The notes: generated by a model not told the origin, from the sequence alone. A stretch of DNA of 32,000 nt from Pyrodictium occultum (GCF_001462395.1 NZ_LNTB01000001.1:540001-572000); one strand, 5' to 3'. Positions 8,700 through 18,599 are shown, numbered from the stretch's first letter. Program-made: numbers and translations.

Positions 8700-8918
8700 C
8701 TAGGCCTCGTATACCTGGCGCCGCACCTCCTCTGGTACCTCGTCCTCCCTTATCACGGGGAAGGAGGGCGGTACATCCCTCCTCTTGGGGCCAACAACTA
8801 TATACTTCGAGGCATCGTCCTCCTTCCTGCTCTTAAGCACGCGAACCTTCACATACCAGCCGTCGCTCCGGAGCACGTAGGCGTACTTGCCGTGCTTCCC
8901 TCCCATCCTGTAGGCCAC
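8700..8918 (-). CDS. Small hypothetical protein (~68-72 aa)
   Basis: This is the C-terminal part of the 190-aa ORF 8700..9272. Only this part avoids overlapping the isochorismatase-family gene on the opposite strand. The sequence VAYRMGGKHGKYAYVLRSDGWYVKVRVLKSRKEDDASKYIVVGPKRRD has a beta-hairpin-like alternation and an acidic tail. Start candidates are GTG 8918 and ATG 8906, downstream of the TATA-like CTAAAGCTTATAG on the minus strand. I recognise no family. Confidence 0.4.
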   Translation of the reverse strand: MAYRMGGKHGKYAYVLRSDGWYVKVRVLKSRKEDDASKYIVVGPKRRDVPPSFPVIREDEVPEEVRRQVYEA

Positions 8919-8999
8919 CCGGCGCGTCTCCCCGTGTCGCCTCTGGCTATAAGCTTTAGAGCGTGGAGCCCAGAGTAATAATATGATGGTGGAGCAGTT

Positions 9000-9668
9000 A
9001 TGACAACGCTTGGTAGAGTAAAGGTCGAGGTGCCGGAGATACCGGTGACGGACTCCGTAGACTTGCCGGCGGACAGGACAGCAGTGATAATAGTAGACAT
9101 GCAGAACGACTTCGTTAAGCCTGGCGGCAAGCTCTACGTGCCTACAGCGCAGGCCACGGTGCCAGCGATACGCAGGCTGCTGGAGAGAGCGCGCAGCCAC
9201 GGAGTAATGACGGTGTTCACAAAGGACACTCACTACACCGGCGACCCGGAGTTCAAGATATGGGGCGAGCATGTGCTCCGGGGAACCTGGGGCTGGGAAA
9301 TAATCGACGAGCTCAAGCCTGTCGACGGTGAGATAGTTGTTGAGAAGACGCGCTACGACGCGTTCTACGGTACGCCTCTCGACGACCTCCTAAGGGTTTA
9401 CGGCATAGAGCATGTAGTGGTTGTAGGAACTGTCGCCAACATATGCGTCCTCCACACGGCGGCGAGCGCGGCCCTACGCTGGTACAAGGTCTACGTGCCT
9501 ATGGACGGAATCAGCGCGCTTAACGACTTCGACTACCATGCGGCGCTGCGCCAGATATCGTTCCTCTACCGGGGTACCATATTGAAGAGCGTGGACGGGA
9601 TAAGATTCACAGGCGAGGGGCCCTGGAAGCGCGGAAAGGCCGTGGAGGCCGGCGCGGTGACAGCCTAA
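9000..9668 (+). CDS. Isochorismatase-family cysteine hydrolase, PncA (nicotinamidase)-like
   Basis: 222 aa. The motifs are AVIIVDMQNDFVKPGG (catalytic Asp), KDTHYTGDPEF..WGEH (a PncA-like D-x-H...H metal site), EKTRYDAF (Lys) and VVGTVANICVLHTA (nucleophile Cys). Confidence 0.85.
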   Translation: MTTLGRVKVEVPEIPVTDSVDLPADRTAVIIVDMQNDFVKPGGKLYVPTAQATVPAIRRLLERARSHGVMTVFTKDTHYTGDPEFKIWGEHVLRGTWGWEIIDELKPVDGEIVVEKTRYDAFYGTPLDDLLRVYGIEHVVVVGTVANICVLHTAASAALRWYKVYVPMDGISALNDFDYHAALRQISFLYRGTILKSVDGIRFTGEGPWKRGKAVEAGAVTA

Positions 9669-9713
9669 GGAGGCCCCCAGGGCCCCGGGCAGCGGTAGTG
9701 GCGGAGAGAGGGT

Positions 9714-11567
9714 ATGGGTGAGGACGGGGGCTTCCCCTACGAGAAGCCGAGGAGGGGCCAGCTGGAGGCGGCCAGGAGCATAGCAGAGGCGGTGTCTCGA
9801 GGAGAGGTCTTCATACTCCATGCGCCGACAGGCTTCGGGAAGACATCGGCCATCATCTACGGGCTCCTCCAGGCCGGCGTGGAGAGAGTACTGTACGTTG
9901 TGAGGACGAGGAACGAGATACAGCCAGTGCTCAAGGAGCTTAAACGGTTCGGGGTGAAGGGGTACAGCTTCCTCTACAGCGCCAGGAGAATGTGCCCTGC
10001 CCTGGCCGGCGAGGGCCTTAGCCACGAGGACTTCTGGGAGACATGCCGGCTCCTACGCCTAAGAGGCGAGTGCAGCTACTACGCCCGGCTCGAGGAGATC
10101 AGCGCCACAGACGTGGAGGAGGCCATAGGGCACGCGGGGCCGATGCCCAGGCGGGTGGCGGAACTCCTAGCCGGCCAGGGCTACTGCCCCTTCTTTGCCC
10201 TCAAGCTGCTCGCCTCGGAGGCCAGGTTCGTGGTGGCCACGTACCCCTACCTTTTCCGCCCCGACATATTCCAGGGCACATTCGACCCGCTAGACTATAG
10301 GGACTTTGTGGTAGTGGTGGATGAGGCACACTCGCTTCTCAACATACCCGGGCTGCTCGAGGCCCGGGTCTCGGTGGACGATCTCCGGAGCGCTCAGAGG
10401 GAGGTGGAAGAGTACGGCCTCCCAGAGGAGATGGGCAAGGCCCTGCAGGAGCTAGCCTCGCTGGTCTCGAGGAGCAGGCCCGGAGAGGGGAAGCTACGCC
10501 GCCTGGACCGGGAGAGGCTCCTAAGGCTCCTGGGCGACCCCGAGGCCTGGTGGGACGCGGCCCACGAGGTGAGAATGGCCAAAATAAGGGAGAGGCTTGA
10601 GGAGGGCCAGCCTGTTAGGCTGAGCGTAGCCCTCACCAGGGTTGCAAGGTTCGCCGAGATGCTCGCGGCAGAGGGCATGGGGGCCTACAGCTACACGAGC
10701 GGCGGCCGCGTCGGAGCCACAGTGCTCCCCCTAGAGCCCTGCCTTGTCACACGCAGGCCTCTCAACGAGTCCAGGGCCGCCGTGCTGGCCAGCGGCACTC
10801 TCCCAGCCTCCACGCTGCTGAGGGACCTCCTCTGCATAGAGAAGCCTCTACGCGTCTACGATGTGGAGCTGCTGCACGGCCCCGTGTTCCCGCCCCGGAA
10901 CCAGGTCACCCTGGTGGCGGCGGAGCTGACTTCCAGGTATACTAGCAGGAGCCGTGAGATGTACAGCCTCTACGCCCGCTACATACTAGAGGCCTACCGG
11001 GCCACCACCAGGGTGGTAATGGTGGTGTACCCCAGCTACGAGTTCATGCAGCAGGTCCTCGACCAGCTCCAGCAGCTTGCACGTCTAGAGCAGGTGAGCA
11101 TGGTGGCTGAGGCCAGGTCCACCAGCATAGAGGAGGTGCTGGAGAAGACTGGGAGAGGGGAGAAGCACCTGCTCGTGAACGCGGTGGCCGGAGGAAAGCT
11201 TACAGAGGGAATAGAGCTTGTAGACGAGAACGGGCGCAGCATGATAGGAGTAGTGTTCGTCGCCGGCGTCCCCTACCCGCAGCCCGACGACTACTTCCGC
11301 GACCAGTTCACGGTGCTCGAGAAGAGGCTGGGGCGGGCTGCGGCGCGCCGCCTCCTCTTCGACTTTACTGCCGCGGTGAGGGCCAGGCAGGCAGTGGGCC
11401 GTGCCAGGCGGAGTGCCCAGGACAGTGCGCTAGTAGTTCTAGGCGACTACCGGTTCCTGCGGAGAGGGCTGCGTGAACACCTCCGGCTGAGGATAGACAA
11501 GGTAGTCTATAGCCTGGGGGAGTTCAGCGAGGCTGTAAGGAGCGCAGCGGAGGCCCTGGGGCTCTAG
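9714..11567 (+). CDS. xpd: XPD/Rad3-family 5'-3' DNA helicase with a 4Fe-4S cluster domain
   Basis: 617 aa. Motifs present: Walker A HAPTGFGKTS; four cluster Cys (RRMCPA, WETCRL, GECSYY, GYCPFF); TYPYLF; DEAH box VVVDEAHSL; LASGTLP; VVYPSYEFM; GGKLTEGIEL; GVPYPQPDD; QAVGRARR. These are colinear with my recollection of Sulfolobus XPD. Confidence 0.9.
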   Translation: MGEDGGFPYEKPRRGQLEAARSIAEAVSRGEVFILHAPTGFGKTSAIIYGLLQAGVERVLYVVRTRNEIQPVLKELKRFGVKGYSFLYSARRMCPALAGEGLSHEDFWETCRLLRLRGECSYYARLEEISATDVEEAIGHAGPMPRRVAELLAGQGYCPFFALKLLASEARFVVATYPYLFRPDIFQGTFDPLDYRDFVVVVDEAHSLLNIPGLLEARVSVDDLRSAQREVEEYGLPEEMGKALQELASLVSRSRPGEGKLRRLDRERLLRLLGDPEAWWDAAHEVRMAKIRERLEEGQPVRLSVALTRVARFAEMLAAEGMGAYSYTSGGRVGATVLPLEPCLVTRRPLNESRAAVLASGTLPASTLLRDLLCIEKPLRVYDVELLHGPVFPPRNQVTLVAAELTSRYTSRSREMYSLYARYILEAYRATTRVVMVVYPSYEFMQQVLDQLQQLARLEQVSMVAEARSTSIEEVLEKTGRGEKHLLVNAVAGGKLTEGIELVDENGRSMIGVVFVAGVPYPQPDDYFRDQFTVLEKRLGRAAARRLLFDFTAAVRARQAVGRARRSAQDSALVVLGDYRFLRRGLREHLRLRIDKVVYSLGEFSEAVRSAAEALGL

Positions 11568-11763
11568 CCCCTGGAGCCGAGCCGCTTATAGCCCGGCCCC
11601 CGAGGTCTTGTCTGTCACGCGGACCCCGGTCCCCTGCAACGCGACCCCGTGTCGCCGGGGCTAGATGGGCAGGGGGCGGGTCACTCCCGGCCGTATCCAC
11701 CCCCACCTTCCCGCGCCTCGAGAACAGCTGGGGCAAGAACCCCAGCCCTGAGGCACGGCTAAG

Positions 11764-11771
11764 CTATAAAT
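11764..11771 (+). promoter_or_regulatory. TATA box (CTATAAAT) for the small ORF at 11794
   Basis: A canonical archaeal TATA element centred ~26 nt upstream of GTG 11794, which implies a leaderless transcript. Confidence 0.6.
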
Positions 11772-11793
11772 CACGGGCCTGCGCTTCTGTAGT

Positions 11794-11985
11794 GTGGAGA
11801 GGGGGAGCGCGGTGCCGCAGCTGGACGTTGAGAGTATAGTTGCCGAGGCCCGCAGGAGCCTAGAGGAGATCTACAGGGAGTACACTAGGAGGCTTGAGGA
11901 GGAGGCTAAACGCATAGTATCTGAGAGGCTGAGCGAGATAGAGCCCGTGAAGAGGAAGCTTGTTGAGGCGCTGAAGGCCTACTAG
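11794..11985 (+). CDS. Small hypothetical coiled-coil protein (63 aa)
   Basis: The product is charged and helical (EARRSLEEIYREYTRRLEEEAKRIVSERLSEIEPVKRKLVEALKAY). Support comes from the well-placed TATA box and the absence of a competing gene. I recognise no family. Confidence 0.45.
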   Translation: MERGSAVPQLDVESIVAEARRSLEEIYREYTRRLEEEAKRIVSERLSEIEPVKRKLVEALKAY

Positions 11986-12025
11986 CCCCGCCGCCATTCT
12001 CTCGGGGCCGGGGTTCCACGCCTTT

Positions 12026-13174
12026 TCAGACCTGCTCCATTGCCTCCTTGACTATCCTCTCCTCGACGGGGTAAGCGTGCAGATTGGGGAGCGGCACGTA
12101 CACCTTCACCTCGCTCCCCACCCTGGGCTGCTCCACGTCGCTGGGGAGGTCGAGGAGCAGCTCATACCGAGTGCCCGGGATTAGGAGCCTGATCTCTATG
12201 AAGGAGCCCATGTACATGGACACTGTCACGCGGCCCTTCACGGCCTCGTACCCGCCCTCCTCTGGGGGATGGAGCCTGGCCCCCTCCGCTTTGACCACGA
12301 CTGCCGCCTCATCGCCGCGGGAGAGTCCATGGTTCATTGCTCGGAGCAGGGTGCTGCCCACCCGTACTACCACTGTCTCCCCCTCCACGTCCTCCACCTT
12401 GCCTAGCACGAGGGTGGTGCGGCCCAGGAACACCGCTGTGAAGAGCGTCTTAGGGCTTCTGTAGAGCTCCTCCGGCCTCCCAACCTGCTCTATGAGCCCG
12501 TCCCTCATTATAGCCATCCTATCCGAGAGGGACATAGCCTCCTCCTGGTCGTGAGTAACATACACCATCGTTATGCCTAGCTGCCTCTGAATCTTCCTCA
12601 GCTCGCCGCGTAGCCTGAGCCGGAGCTTGGCGTCAAGATTGCTCAGCGGCTCGTCGAGGAGAAGCACTCTCGGCTGCACCACCAGCGCCCTGGCGAGCGC
12701 GACCCGCTGCTGCTGGCCCCCGCTCAGCTGCCCCGGGTACCGGTTCTCCATGCCTTCAAGGCCGAGCAGCTCTAGAACCCATCGCACTCTCCGGTCTATC
12801 TCCTCGCGGGGGAGCCTGCGCAGCCGGAGCCCAAAGGCAATGTTGTCGTATACAGTCATGTGGGGCCAGAGGGCCCAGTTCTGGAACACCATAACAGTCC
12901 CGCGTTTGTCCGGCGCAAGCTCGGTCACGTCATCGCCCTCGAGGAAAACCCTCCCCTCGTCGGGCACCTCAAACCCCGCTATAACTCTCAGCAGGGTGGT
13001 CTTCCCGCAGCCGCTCGGCCCGAGTATCGAGAAGAGCTCCTCCTTCCCTATGCTAAGGTTGACTCCCCTCAGCGCTACAGTCCTACCGAACCTCTTAACC
13101 ACGCCCCGAACCTCTATGAAGGACAAGCCTGCGCCCCTCCAGGGGTGTACCACCCGGGGTGCCATGGTGGGCAA
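12026..13174 (-). CDS. ABC transporter ATP-binding protein (PotA/FbpC/MalK-like, with a C-terminal TOBE-type domain)
   Basis: Walker A GPSGCGKTT, Q-loop VFQNWALWPH, signature LSGGQQQRVALARAL, Walker B LLLDEPLSNLD and H-loop VTHDQ are present, with a ~130-aa beta-rich C-terminal regulatory domain. It is the last gene of the minus-strand operon. Confidence 0.9.
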   Translation of the reverse strand: MPTMAPRVVHPWRGAGLSFIEVRGVVKRFGRTVALRGVNLSIGKEELFSILGPSGCGKTTLLRVIAGFEVPDEGRVFLEGDDVTELAPDKRGTVMVFQNWALWPHMTVYDNIAFGLRLRRLPREEIDRRVRWVLELLGLEGMENRYPGQLSGGQQQRVALARALVVQPRVLLLDEPLSNLDAKLRLRLRGELRKIQRQLGITMVYVTHDQEEAMSLSDRMAIMRDGLIEQVGRPEELYRSPKTLFTAVFLGRTTLVLGKVEDVEGETVVVRVGSTLLRAMNHGLSRGDEAAVVVKAEGARLHPPEEGGYEAVKGRVTVSMYMGSFIEIRLLIPGTRYELLLDLPSDVEQPRVGSEVKVYVPLPNLHAYPVEERIVKEAMEQV

Positions 13175-13188
13175 GGGGCCGGCCCAGG

Positions 13189-15057
13189 CTAGATAGTCAC
13201 GAGGGCTTGGCCACGCCTGGTGAGCCTGCTGGCGGCGAGTATGACGCCAGCCTCCAGGGCCATCAATACCACCGCTAGTGCGGCGGCCTTCGCCTGCGGC
13301 TGCGTCCCCCCAGCTACTATTGTAGCCTGCGTAGTTAGCTGGAGTATCGCAAAGGTTATCGGCCCTGCATGCTCGCGCGACACTATGCTCCCCTTAAGCC
13401 CGCCGAGCGTGATGCTCACACTAACCTCGCTAAGCACGTATATGGCGCTCAGCAGGAGCCCAGCCAATAAGCCCCTCCATACAAGGGGCAGCACTATCCT
13501 CCTTATAGTCATGGCCCGTCTGGCCCCGAGGCTCCGTGCAGCATCCTCCAGCTCCTTCGGTGTCTGTATCACAGCTGTGAAGACAGACCTCACTGTGAAG
13601 GGCAGCTTCCTCATGATATAAGCCAGTACCAGCACGTGGCCCGGGAAGAGCACCGGGTCTAGAAACGTGCCATGGAAGTAAGTGGCAAAGAACACGTAGT
13701 AGCTGAAGGCTACAACGAGGCCGGGCACGGCTAGAGGCAGCGATGAGAGCAGATCCAGCAGCGCGGCGCCGGGTAGCCGTGCACGCGCGGTAGCGTAGCC
13801 TGCCATGAACCCGAGCAGCGCTATGAACACTATAGCCTCGAGCATGTAGGTGACACTGTTGTAGATGCTCCTAACCACGCCAGCCATGTCAGCTAGTGTA
13901 GCAAAGTTGTCGAAAAGCCTGCCCGGCGGCAGTAGATCTGGCAATGGGCCTATCCACTTCCTGCTGAAGGCTAGTACAACCACACCTATCTGGGGAGCTG
14001 CAGCAGTAAGGACTATGGGCAGCGCCACAAGGTAGGCTAGTAGGAGGCCCCGAGGCCCCAGCCGGAGCCCCCTGAAGGGCCGGGGAGCTCCCCGGGCGAG
14101 CCTGGCATAGTACCGTAGGCTGAGGTACCTACGTATCGCCGCCAGCGGGATCGCCGCGAATAGAAGCATGAGCAGGCTGAGGGCAGCTATGAGGGGGCGC
14201 GAGGCCTCGCTCCCAACGCTCTGGAAGTACTGGTATATCTGGTATGACATCATCTTGTGGAAGCGAAACACTATAGGGGCTCCCACATCCTCGAGGCTAA
14301 GTATAAACACGAGGACGGACCCCGCTAGCACGCCAGGCATTATGAGCGGCAGGATTATGCTTCTTATCAGCCTCCAGCCCCTGGCGCCAAGGTTTATGGC
14401 CTGCTCGACGAGTGTGGCATCTACAGTGCCGAGAGCGGCCAACGCGTTTATATAGACTATCGGGTAGAACATGAGTGTCTGTGCGAGCGCCACCCCTGCC
14501 TGGCCGCTAAACTCTATCACAACGTTCTCGCCGAATAGGGGCCTTGTAATCATACTTATCATGTATGACAGCGTGTTAAAGGTGAAGCTCTTCCCGAAGT
14601 AGCGCTCCATAACATAGGCGTTTACGAAGGGAGCTATCAGCAGTGGCACATAGGCGAGTACCGCCAGCAGCCTTCTTCCCGGAAACCGGTATAGCCCTAT
14701 CAGTACCGCTATGCTGGCTCCTATAGCAGCCGCCGCAGCGGTCACTATGGCAGAGTTGACTAGAGTATTACCTATAACACCCATATCAAATCCATTAACA
14801 TCTATACGTATAGTGCCGGGAAGCCTATTAATAGATATGAAGTTGCTGAACGCGTCTAGGCTAGGGTTTATATAGTAGCTTGTAGCGAGCTCCCGGAAAT
14901 CCATCCTCGACGCTTCGAGGACCACTGTGAGGAGCGGCGCTATAAATGCAAAAATAATGGCGAGCAGAGGGGTGTAGAGCAGTATAACTATCTCCGGGTC
15001 GGCCCTAGCCCTTGCCGGCCTTAGACGCTCTAGCAGCGGCCGCTCTCTAGCCGCCAA
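13189..15057 (-). CDS. ABC transporter permease, duplicated (two-module) type as in Fe(III)/thiamine importers
   Basis: 622 aa and highly hydrophobic, with ~12 predicted TM segments. Two EAA-like loops are present (LVEQAINLGARGWRLIRSIILP and LEDAARSLGARRAMTIRRIVLP). Its start overlaps the stop of the binding-protein gene by 11 nt. Confidence 0.9.
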   Translation of the reverse strand: MAARERPLLERLRPARARADPEIVILLYTPLLAIIFAFIAPLLTVVLEASRMDFRELATSYYINPSLDAFSNFISINRLPGTIRIDVNGFDMGVIGNTLVNSAIVTAAAAAIGASIAVLIGLYRFPGRRLLAVLAYVPLLIAPFVNAYVMERYFGKSFTFNTLSYMISMITRPLFGENVVIEFSGQAGVALAQTLMFYPIVYINALAALGTVDATLVEQAINLGARGWRLIRSIILPLIMPGVLAGSVLVFILSLEDVGAPIVFRFHKMMSYQIYQYFQSVGSEASRPLIAALSLLMLLFAAIPLAAIRRYLSLRYYARLARGAPRPFRGLRLGPRGLLLAYLVALPIVLTAAAPQIGVVVLAFSRKWIGPLPDLLPPGRLFDNFATLADMAGVVRSIYNSVTYMLEAIVFIALLGFMAGYATARARLPGAALLDLLSSLPLAVPGLVVAFSYYVFFATYFHGTFLDPVLFPGHVLVLAYIMRKLPFTVRSVFTAVIQTPKELEDAARSLGARRAMTIRRIVLPLVWRGLLAGLLLSAIYVLSEVSVSITLGGLKGSIVSREHAGPITFAILQLTTQATIVAGGTQPQAKAAALAVVLMALEAGVILAASRLTRRGQALVTI

Positions 15058-16708
15058 GGGCTTTTAGTACCTCCTCATACTTCTGCTTCGCAGCCTCACG
15101 CCATGCATTCATATAGGCTTCCTTCAGGTTTATGTTCTTCTGCAGGATCTTATTAACCCTTATAGCGTCTTGCAGCGTAAACACGACCTCCTTGCCCGTG
15201 ACGGGGTCCTTGTAATTAACCAGGTCTGTCAGCTTCTCCCTGAGCGCATTGAAAGTGGCCTCGTCTATACTATGGTCGATATAGTATGCCTTAAGCAGTC
15301 TTGTCCACGCCTTCTGGAGCAGCGTGTGCTGGTCTATCAGCGTGGCCACGAAGTACAGCTGCATAGCATACTCAGTCTCGAGCGCCAGGGTGTCATTGAA
15401 CCTTATAACCTTGGATCTCATGGCCTCGTAGAACGCCCTCTCGAGGTCGGGGCGCTTCTGGCCCTCCGGGGTCTCGAACACCTTGGGGTTGGCCGGCAGC
15501 CTGTTGATGTTGGGGTCAAGCCATATCTTCTGCCCCTCTGTCAGCGCCCATGCCACGAACGCTTCGGCGGCCTCGGGGTTCTTCGTGGACTTAACCACTG
15601 CTATGGGGTCGCCGTTGACTATGGTCTCGCCCCGTGGCAGCACGTACTTGCACGCGGGGTTAAGCCTCTCGGCGGTGTAGCCGTAGAAGTCTATAGTTAT
15701 GCCCACCATAACCTCGCCGTTTATCACGTCATCGCGTACTATAGCGCTGCCCTCCTCTATCCTGGCGTTGGCAGCCATGAGTGTTAGAACCCGCCAGCCC
15801 TCCTTCCAGCCGTAAGCCTGGAGGATAATCTCGTATATCCTAGTATTGCTGGTGCTTTGCAGTGGGTTAGCTATCGCGAGGGCTGGAACACCATACTTCA
15901 CCAGTATCAGGCCCAGGTCGTCGCTGGCCAGGTCTCTCCAGGACTTGAGCCTGCTTACATTGAAGCCTAGCTGCTTAGCCACATCCCTGTTAACTGTGAA
16001 GCCGAAGCTAGCTATTGCTGCGGCAACCCAGTATATCTTTCCATCCTTTCCGATCCTTTTCATAGATACCCCGGCGAAGCGGTCGGGCACTTGGCTGGCA
16101 GCGTCGAGCGCCAGCTTGCTCTGGAGCGGCCGGAGGAGACCCTTAAGGTATAGGTTGTCGAACAGTGTGGGGCCACCGCCCCATGCAACGTCGATGCTCT
16201 GCTTCTCGATGTACGTGGGCCAGAAGCCCGCGGGCACGGCTATGAACCTAATATCTTTTATGCAGTATCTTTTCGCTATGTCGGACTTTAGGAACATTTC
16301 CCTAGCCTTCTCCTGGATGTCAGCGGGGTGCCTCGTCAACACTACGAGCTCGATGCTCTTGCTGCACTTGCCTGCCGGGGGCTGCGTAGCCGTAGCGGTA
16401 CCGGCTGCTGTCGTAGTGGCAGCTCCGCCGCTGGTGGACGTTGGGGTCCCCGTTGCAGCCCCGGTGGCTGTTGTCGTGGTTGTGGTGATAGTTGTGGTAC
16501 TGGTGCCGACCGCCGTAGCCTGTGTCTGGGTGGTCTGAGCTGTGGGAGATGGCTTGCCCGTAGCGCTTGCTGTACCTGAGGTAGCAGTTGTTGTAACCGC
16601 TCCAGAAGGCTTGTGGTGCCAGGCTATGATGGTGGTAGCCACAATAGCGGCAACTATGATAACAGCTGCTATTATGCTAAGGGTGCGGGCGTCCAATCCC
16701 AGTAGCAC
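15047..16708 (-). CDS. ABC transporter substrate-binding protein, membrane-anchored through an N-terminal TM plus a Thr-rich linker
   Basis: 553 aa. It has an N-terminal TM (LSIIAAVIIVAAIVATTIIAW), a ~70-aa Thr/Ala/Gly low-complexity linker, then a solute-binding fold (VLTRHPADI.., DVAWGGGPTLFDNL, VVKSTKNPEAAEAFVAWAL). The substrate cannot be determined from sequence; Fe3+, thiamine and polyamine types are all possible. Confidence 0.85.
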   Translation of the reverse strand: MLLGLDARTLSIIAAVIIVAAIVATTIIAWHHKPSGAVTTTATSGTASATGKPSPTAQTTQTQATAVGTSTTTITTTTTTATGAATGTPTSTSGGAATTTAAGTATATQPPAGKCSKSIELVVLTRHPADIQEKAREMFLKSDIAKRYCIKDIRFIAVPAGFWPTYIEKQSIDVAWGGGPTLFDNLYLKGLLRPLQSKLALDAASQVPDRFAGVSMKRIGKDGKIYWVAAAIASFGFTVNRDVAKQLGFNVSRLKSWRDLASDDLGLILVKYGVPALAIANPLQSTSNTRIYEIILQAYGWKEGWRVLTLMAANARIEEGSAIVRDDVINGEVMVGITIDFYGYTAERLNPACKYVLPRGETIVNGDPIAVVKSTKNPEAAEAFVAWALTEGQKIWLDPNINRLPANPKVFETPEGQKRPDLERAFYEAMRSKVIRFNDTLALETEYAMQLYFVATLIDQHTLLQKAWTRLLKAYYIDHSIDEATFNALREKLTDLVNYKDPVTGKEVVFTLQDAIRVNKILQKNINLKEAYMNAWREAAKQKYEEVLKALGG

Positions 16709-16910
16709 CGTGTTAGCTATTGGAGCAATAGTACAGTATTTTTAGTCTCTTTTTACGGCGCTAGCAGGCGATTATGTAAGCCAGTTGTAGCCCTAAGTAG
16801 TGTTGTTGGGCCAGCCATACTCTACAGAGAGACATGATTTAAATCCTAGGGCCCGCTAACTGCTTACGACATGGAACAAGTTGTTCTAGCAGTAATGCGA
16901 GGTGTCATGA

Positions 16911-18314
16911 ATGAGTATAAGGAGTATTGTTCCCCTGCTTCTCCTAGCTGCTCTACTGGCCTCCTACCAAAGCCTGGTGCAGGCGGCTCATGCGGCCCGC
17001 CTCGAGCTGCCCACGATACTGGTAGACTTGGCCCATGGCCAGAACTATAATGGAGTCTGTGCGATGATGAGTGTCGTCCCGGATGCCTACTGGATTATAC
17101 TAGTTAAGTCCAACGCGCAGGTGGACCAGCTGCCTCAGTGCATAAAGAATAGGGCCTACGGGATAGCGGTTGGCGATCTAACAGTCCTCACTAAGGAGGC
17201 CTCCATAGACATGGTGATAATAGGCCAGCCGGTGGAGCCTCTCAGCAAGGCTGAGAAGGACGCTGTAGCCAGCTGGTTCGGCGGCGAGGGCCGCAAGGCC
17301 CTGTGGTGTGCAACTGATAGCGACTACCCAGCCCAGGGGGGCAACCTCGAGCTCGCACAGCACATATGTAATGACCTCCTCGACTACCTGGCCCAGAAGG
17401 GCTTCGACGTGAAGCTACGCAGCGACTACGTCAGCATAGAGGATACGAAGAGCAATGCCGGGCGCTCCTACCGTGTAGTAGCCTTCGTTCAGCCTCCAAG
17501 CCGCTATGACGCCGACCTCCTGGCTCTAGGCGCGGAGAAGGTGCTAATGCACGGCCCCGGTGCAGTGGCCTGGGTGGACGAGAACGGCAACTGGCATAAA
17601 GTCACAGACCCCGGTACGCCCGACACCATAATACCCATACTCTTCACGAGCGAGAACGGCGTGGTGGTGGAGCACCAGCCCAGGAACCCTGGCGAGCCCG
17701 GCGAGTTCGGCTATGCCCACCAGGCCGGGGAGAAGGGCCGCTTCGTCCTCATGGCTGCCCAGATAGTAAACACCAGCAAGGGCACCAAGATAGTCATAGT
17801 GAGTGGTGAATCCCCCTACTTCGGCTACCAGTCGCTAGTATCCTACTACTATCACGGGATACACCTCGATGGGCCAAGGTTCTTCCGTAACTTGATACTA
17901 TGGGCGACCGGGAACTACGAGGAGCTAAAGATATTCAAGAAGGAGATGGAAGTGCTGGAGAAGGCTAAGGAGGCTGCCCTGGAGGCCGCGAAGAAGGCAG
18001 AACAGGCTATGGATACCGCGCAGCAGGCTATGAAGAAGGCAGAGGATGCCAGCCAGGCGGCTTCCGGTGCCAAGAGCTACGTGGACAAGAGGCTGTCGGA
18101 GGTGCAGGCATCCCTGAACCAGGCTCTACAGCAGGGCCTCAACAAGGCGGTGGAGCAGCTAAAATCCTATGTAGACCAGAGGATGGCCGCTGCCTCCAAT
18201 GCCGCCGGCCAGGCCGAGTCCAAGGCTTCAAGCGCGATGTCAATAGCCGTGGGCAGCCTCGTGTTGGCAATAATAGCCCTCATAGCGGCAGGGCTGGCTA
18301 TGCGCCGCAAGTAG
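16911..18314 (+). CDS. Secreted, C-terminally anchored surface protein with a coiled-coil stalk; function unknown
   Basis: 467 aa. It has a signal peptide (IVPLLLLAALLASYQSLVQAAHA) and a ~330-aa globular domain. The ILVDLAHGQ / VIIGQP..LS..EKDAV..WF pattern faintly recalls DUF4350/GldG-type domains; this is tentative. A ~110-aa Ala/Lys/Glu/Gln coiled coil contains an internal repeat, KSYVD(K/Q)R. A terminal TM (AVGSLVLAIIALIAAGLAM) and RRK follow. The SD-like GAGGTG precedes ATG 16911. Confidence 0.7.
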   Translation: MSIRSIVPLLLLAALLASYQSLVQAAHAARLELPTILVDLAHGQNYNGVCAMMSVVPDAYWIILVKSNAQVDQLPQCIKNRAYGIAVGDLTVLTKEASIDMVIIGQPVEPLSKAEKDAVASWFGGEGRKALWCATDSDYPAQGGNLELAQHICNDLLDYLAQKGFDVKLRSDYVSIEDTKSNAGRSYRVVAFVQPPSRYDADLLALGAEKVLMHGPGAVAWVDENGNWHKVTDPGTPDTIIPILFTSENGVVVEHQPRNPGEPGEFGYAHQAGEKGRFVLMAAQIVNTSKGTKIVIVSGESPYFGYQSLVSYYYHGIHLDGPRFFRNLILWATGNYEELKIFKKEMEVLEKAKEAALEAAKKAEQAMDTAQQAMKKAEDASQAASGAKSYVDKRLSEVQASLNQALQQGLNKAVEQLKSYVDQRMAAASNAAGQAESKASSAMSIAVGSLVLAIIALIAAGLAMRRK

Positions 18315-18599
18315 AAGGGGGCAGTATAGGCGGTTCACCTGGTAGAAGGTTTTACCCCCCCGGGCCATATTGGTGCTCATCCTACCGCATTCTGGCCTCC
18401 GGCTCGTTCACCCCCTTCACCCCCTGGGTGTAGGCGGCTTCGTAGCGGCACGGGGCACCATGCTGTATGGGGCGCGGGGTGTTGCGGCAAGGTTTTGTGG
18501 GCAGCCGTATGCTCCAGAGCCGCTATAGTAGTGCAGAGCCCCTGTAGGAACTCAATAATATAGCTCCGGCTGCACCCTATCCACGGTGAAGGTGACGGC

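Noticed and set aside
8907-9272. The N-terminal two-thirds of the 190-aa minus-strand ORF 8700..9272.
   Set aside because: This part overlaps the isochorismatase-family gene (9000..9668), which has clear catalytic motifs. It reads as Cys/His/Arg-rich junk. Only the 3' ~70 codons, outside the overlap, are kept as a possible small gene.
12627-13196. Long ORFs antisense to well-supported genes. Examples: 12627..13196, 15170..15787, 15846..16538, 8111..8599, 9474..10025, 23416..23934, 27430..27861, 2225..2614.
   Set aside because: Each lies entirely opposite a gene with clear family motifs. Their products are low-complexity (Ser/Arg/Pro/Ala-rich) with no recognisable motifs. This is what stop-poor antisense frames look like in GC-rich DNA, and opposite Glu/Leu/Arg-rich coiled-coil codons.
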